Source: the human T2T-CHM13v2.0 reference genome, Homo sapiens. From it: a stretch of 64,000 nt of DNA. Made by a program: the position numbers and the translations under genes. Under the pieces are notes generated by a model that did no database searches, was not told the DNA's origin, and worked only from the letters and a program-made list of their open reading frames with translations. Where the stretch lies: assembly GCF_009914755.1 (NCBI RefSeq), contig NC_060937.1; one strand, written 5' to 3'. Of the stretch, positions 62,753-64,000 are shown in pieces (the first letter of the stretch is position 1; each line of letters starts with the position of its first letter).

Positions 62753-64000
62753 TCAAGACTCAGCCCACATGTTTTCCCTCTGAGTCTTCCTGGACCAAAT
62801 CCAGCCCAATCCATGATTAGTGTTTGTCATCTATGCCTTGTACTTGGCACTTTTCAAATGTCCCCTTAGCTTGTTACACACATCTTAGGTATGAGTCCTG
62901 ATCTTCATTTAAGGTTCAAGAATATTGGAGGCAGGATCTCTGTCTGACAATGATAAGTTGGCTGTTGGAGGTTTACTACAACTTTATAAAAACTTGATCT
63001 TTCTTTCTTTTTCTAGTTCCTCTTCTTCCTAACCTCAAAAATATGAACCTTCACAAACGCTTGCCCTTCTTCTCTCTTTTTTCTACCTCACAATGTTATG
63101 TGTTAAAGATTGATTAATGAGAGTATACATATGAAAGCCCAGGAAGGACTTAGGTGCAGATGTTTTAATTTTGTATGATGCCCTTCCCACTACAAGGTCC
63201 CCCAAGCACATGCACATCCCTGTAATGCTTACTAATATTGATAGTATTTGCCTCATGCTACATGTACTTTCTCAATGATCTCATCTACTTGGGTAGTTTC
63301 ACTGTGATCTTTTAGGGGACAACTCCCCTTCTGCCTCCAGCTGACTCATCTCCCAGCCCCAGGCCTGTATTTCTGATCAGTTGTTCTGTATCCATCTCAG
63401 ACTCAGCACATCCTGAATTGAACTTATCCTTCCATACAAGCCTAGTCCTTTTCTTCATGGAAGCACTGGATCTCAAGTCATAACTGTGCTAGATGTGAGT
63501 CATACTTGAAGTCTCAGAAACATTTCAGCTCCAGAATCCCCCTCTCACCCTCCCCTACCCAATATTGTTTGCCAAATCCTGGTTGAGCCTCCCAGTCTTC
63601 CTAACGTTCTATTTTTTCTGTATTCCCATGTCCGACCTTCATTAAATTTCAACTCCGCTCCCCCACAACCATAGATCCAAGCTTTTAGGCCTCCTGGTGT
63701 TACATGTCAACAAGCTATCCACAATTTGTAGCACCAACCAAGCTTTCTGGCCTCATCTCTTCTGTAATCCTCAAATCCAGTACCATCTCCTTATTTCACA
63801 TTCCCAGAATACACCCTCCACCATCACACAATTAACTTGGCTGAAGCAATTTCCTTTGTCTTGAGTGGTCTTGCCACAAGGATCTTTATAATCCTGCATC
63901 CTCCAAGACACCTTAGAAATTTTACCAACTAAAATTAATTATTCCTTCTAATAGTAATAACTGCCCCTTATAGAGAACTGAATATGTGCCAGGGCCTTGA

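Overview
Primate genomic DNA, very probably human (it contains an AluYb8-type element). It spans the 5' end of INTS6 (Integrator subunit 6, DICE1/DDX26A) on the minus strand. Coding exons 1-3 (13445-13335, 12975-12898, 12094-11945; 113 codons of the N-terminal VWA domain) all have canonical GT-AG borders. Positions 1-11944 are INTS6 intron 3. A ~2.3 kb CpG island (about 12440-14760) forms a probable bidirectional promoter; I recall the antisense lncRNA INTS6-AS1 starting here, but cannot prove its exons from sequence. The remaining ~49 kb has no credible protein-coding gene. It holds processed pseudogenes of RPS4X and SNRPG, a 7SL retrocopy, a 5'-truncated L1PA, a solo ERV1-class LTR (MER52-like), MaLR/ERVL LTRs, Tigger/Tc2/hAT fossils, about 24 Alus and several microsatellites. 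I found no convincing new multi-gene system. The most notable signals are: (i) a 3' splice site inside INTS6 coding exon 1 that would start the protein at Met14, just after the DxSxS motif; (ii) a candidate poison exon in intron 3; (iii) a (GCG)9 + YY1-like + donor cassette in intron 2; (iv) several locally templated direct or inverted insertions inside repeats. Repeat subfamily names come from memory of consensus sequences and need RepeatMasker/Dfam confirmation.
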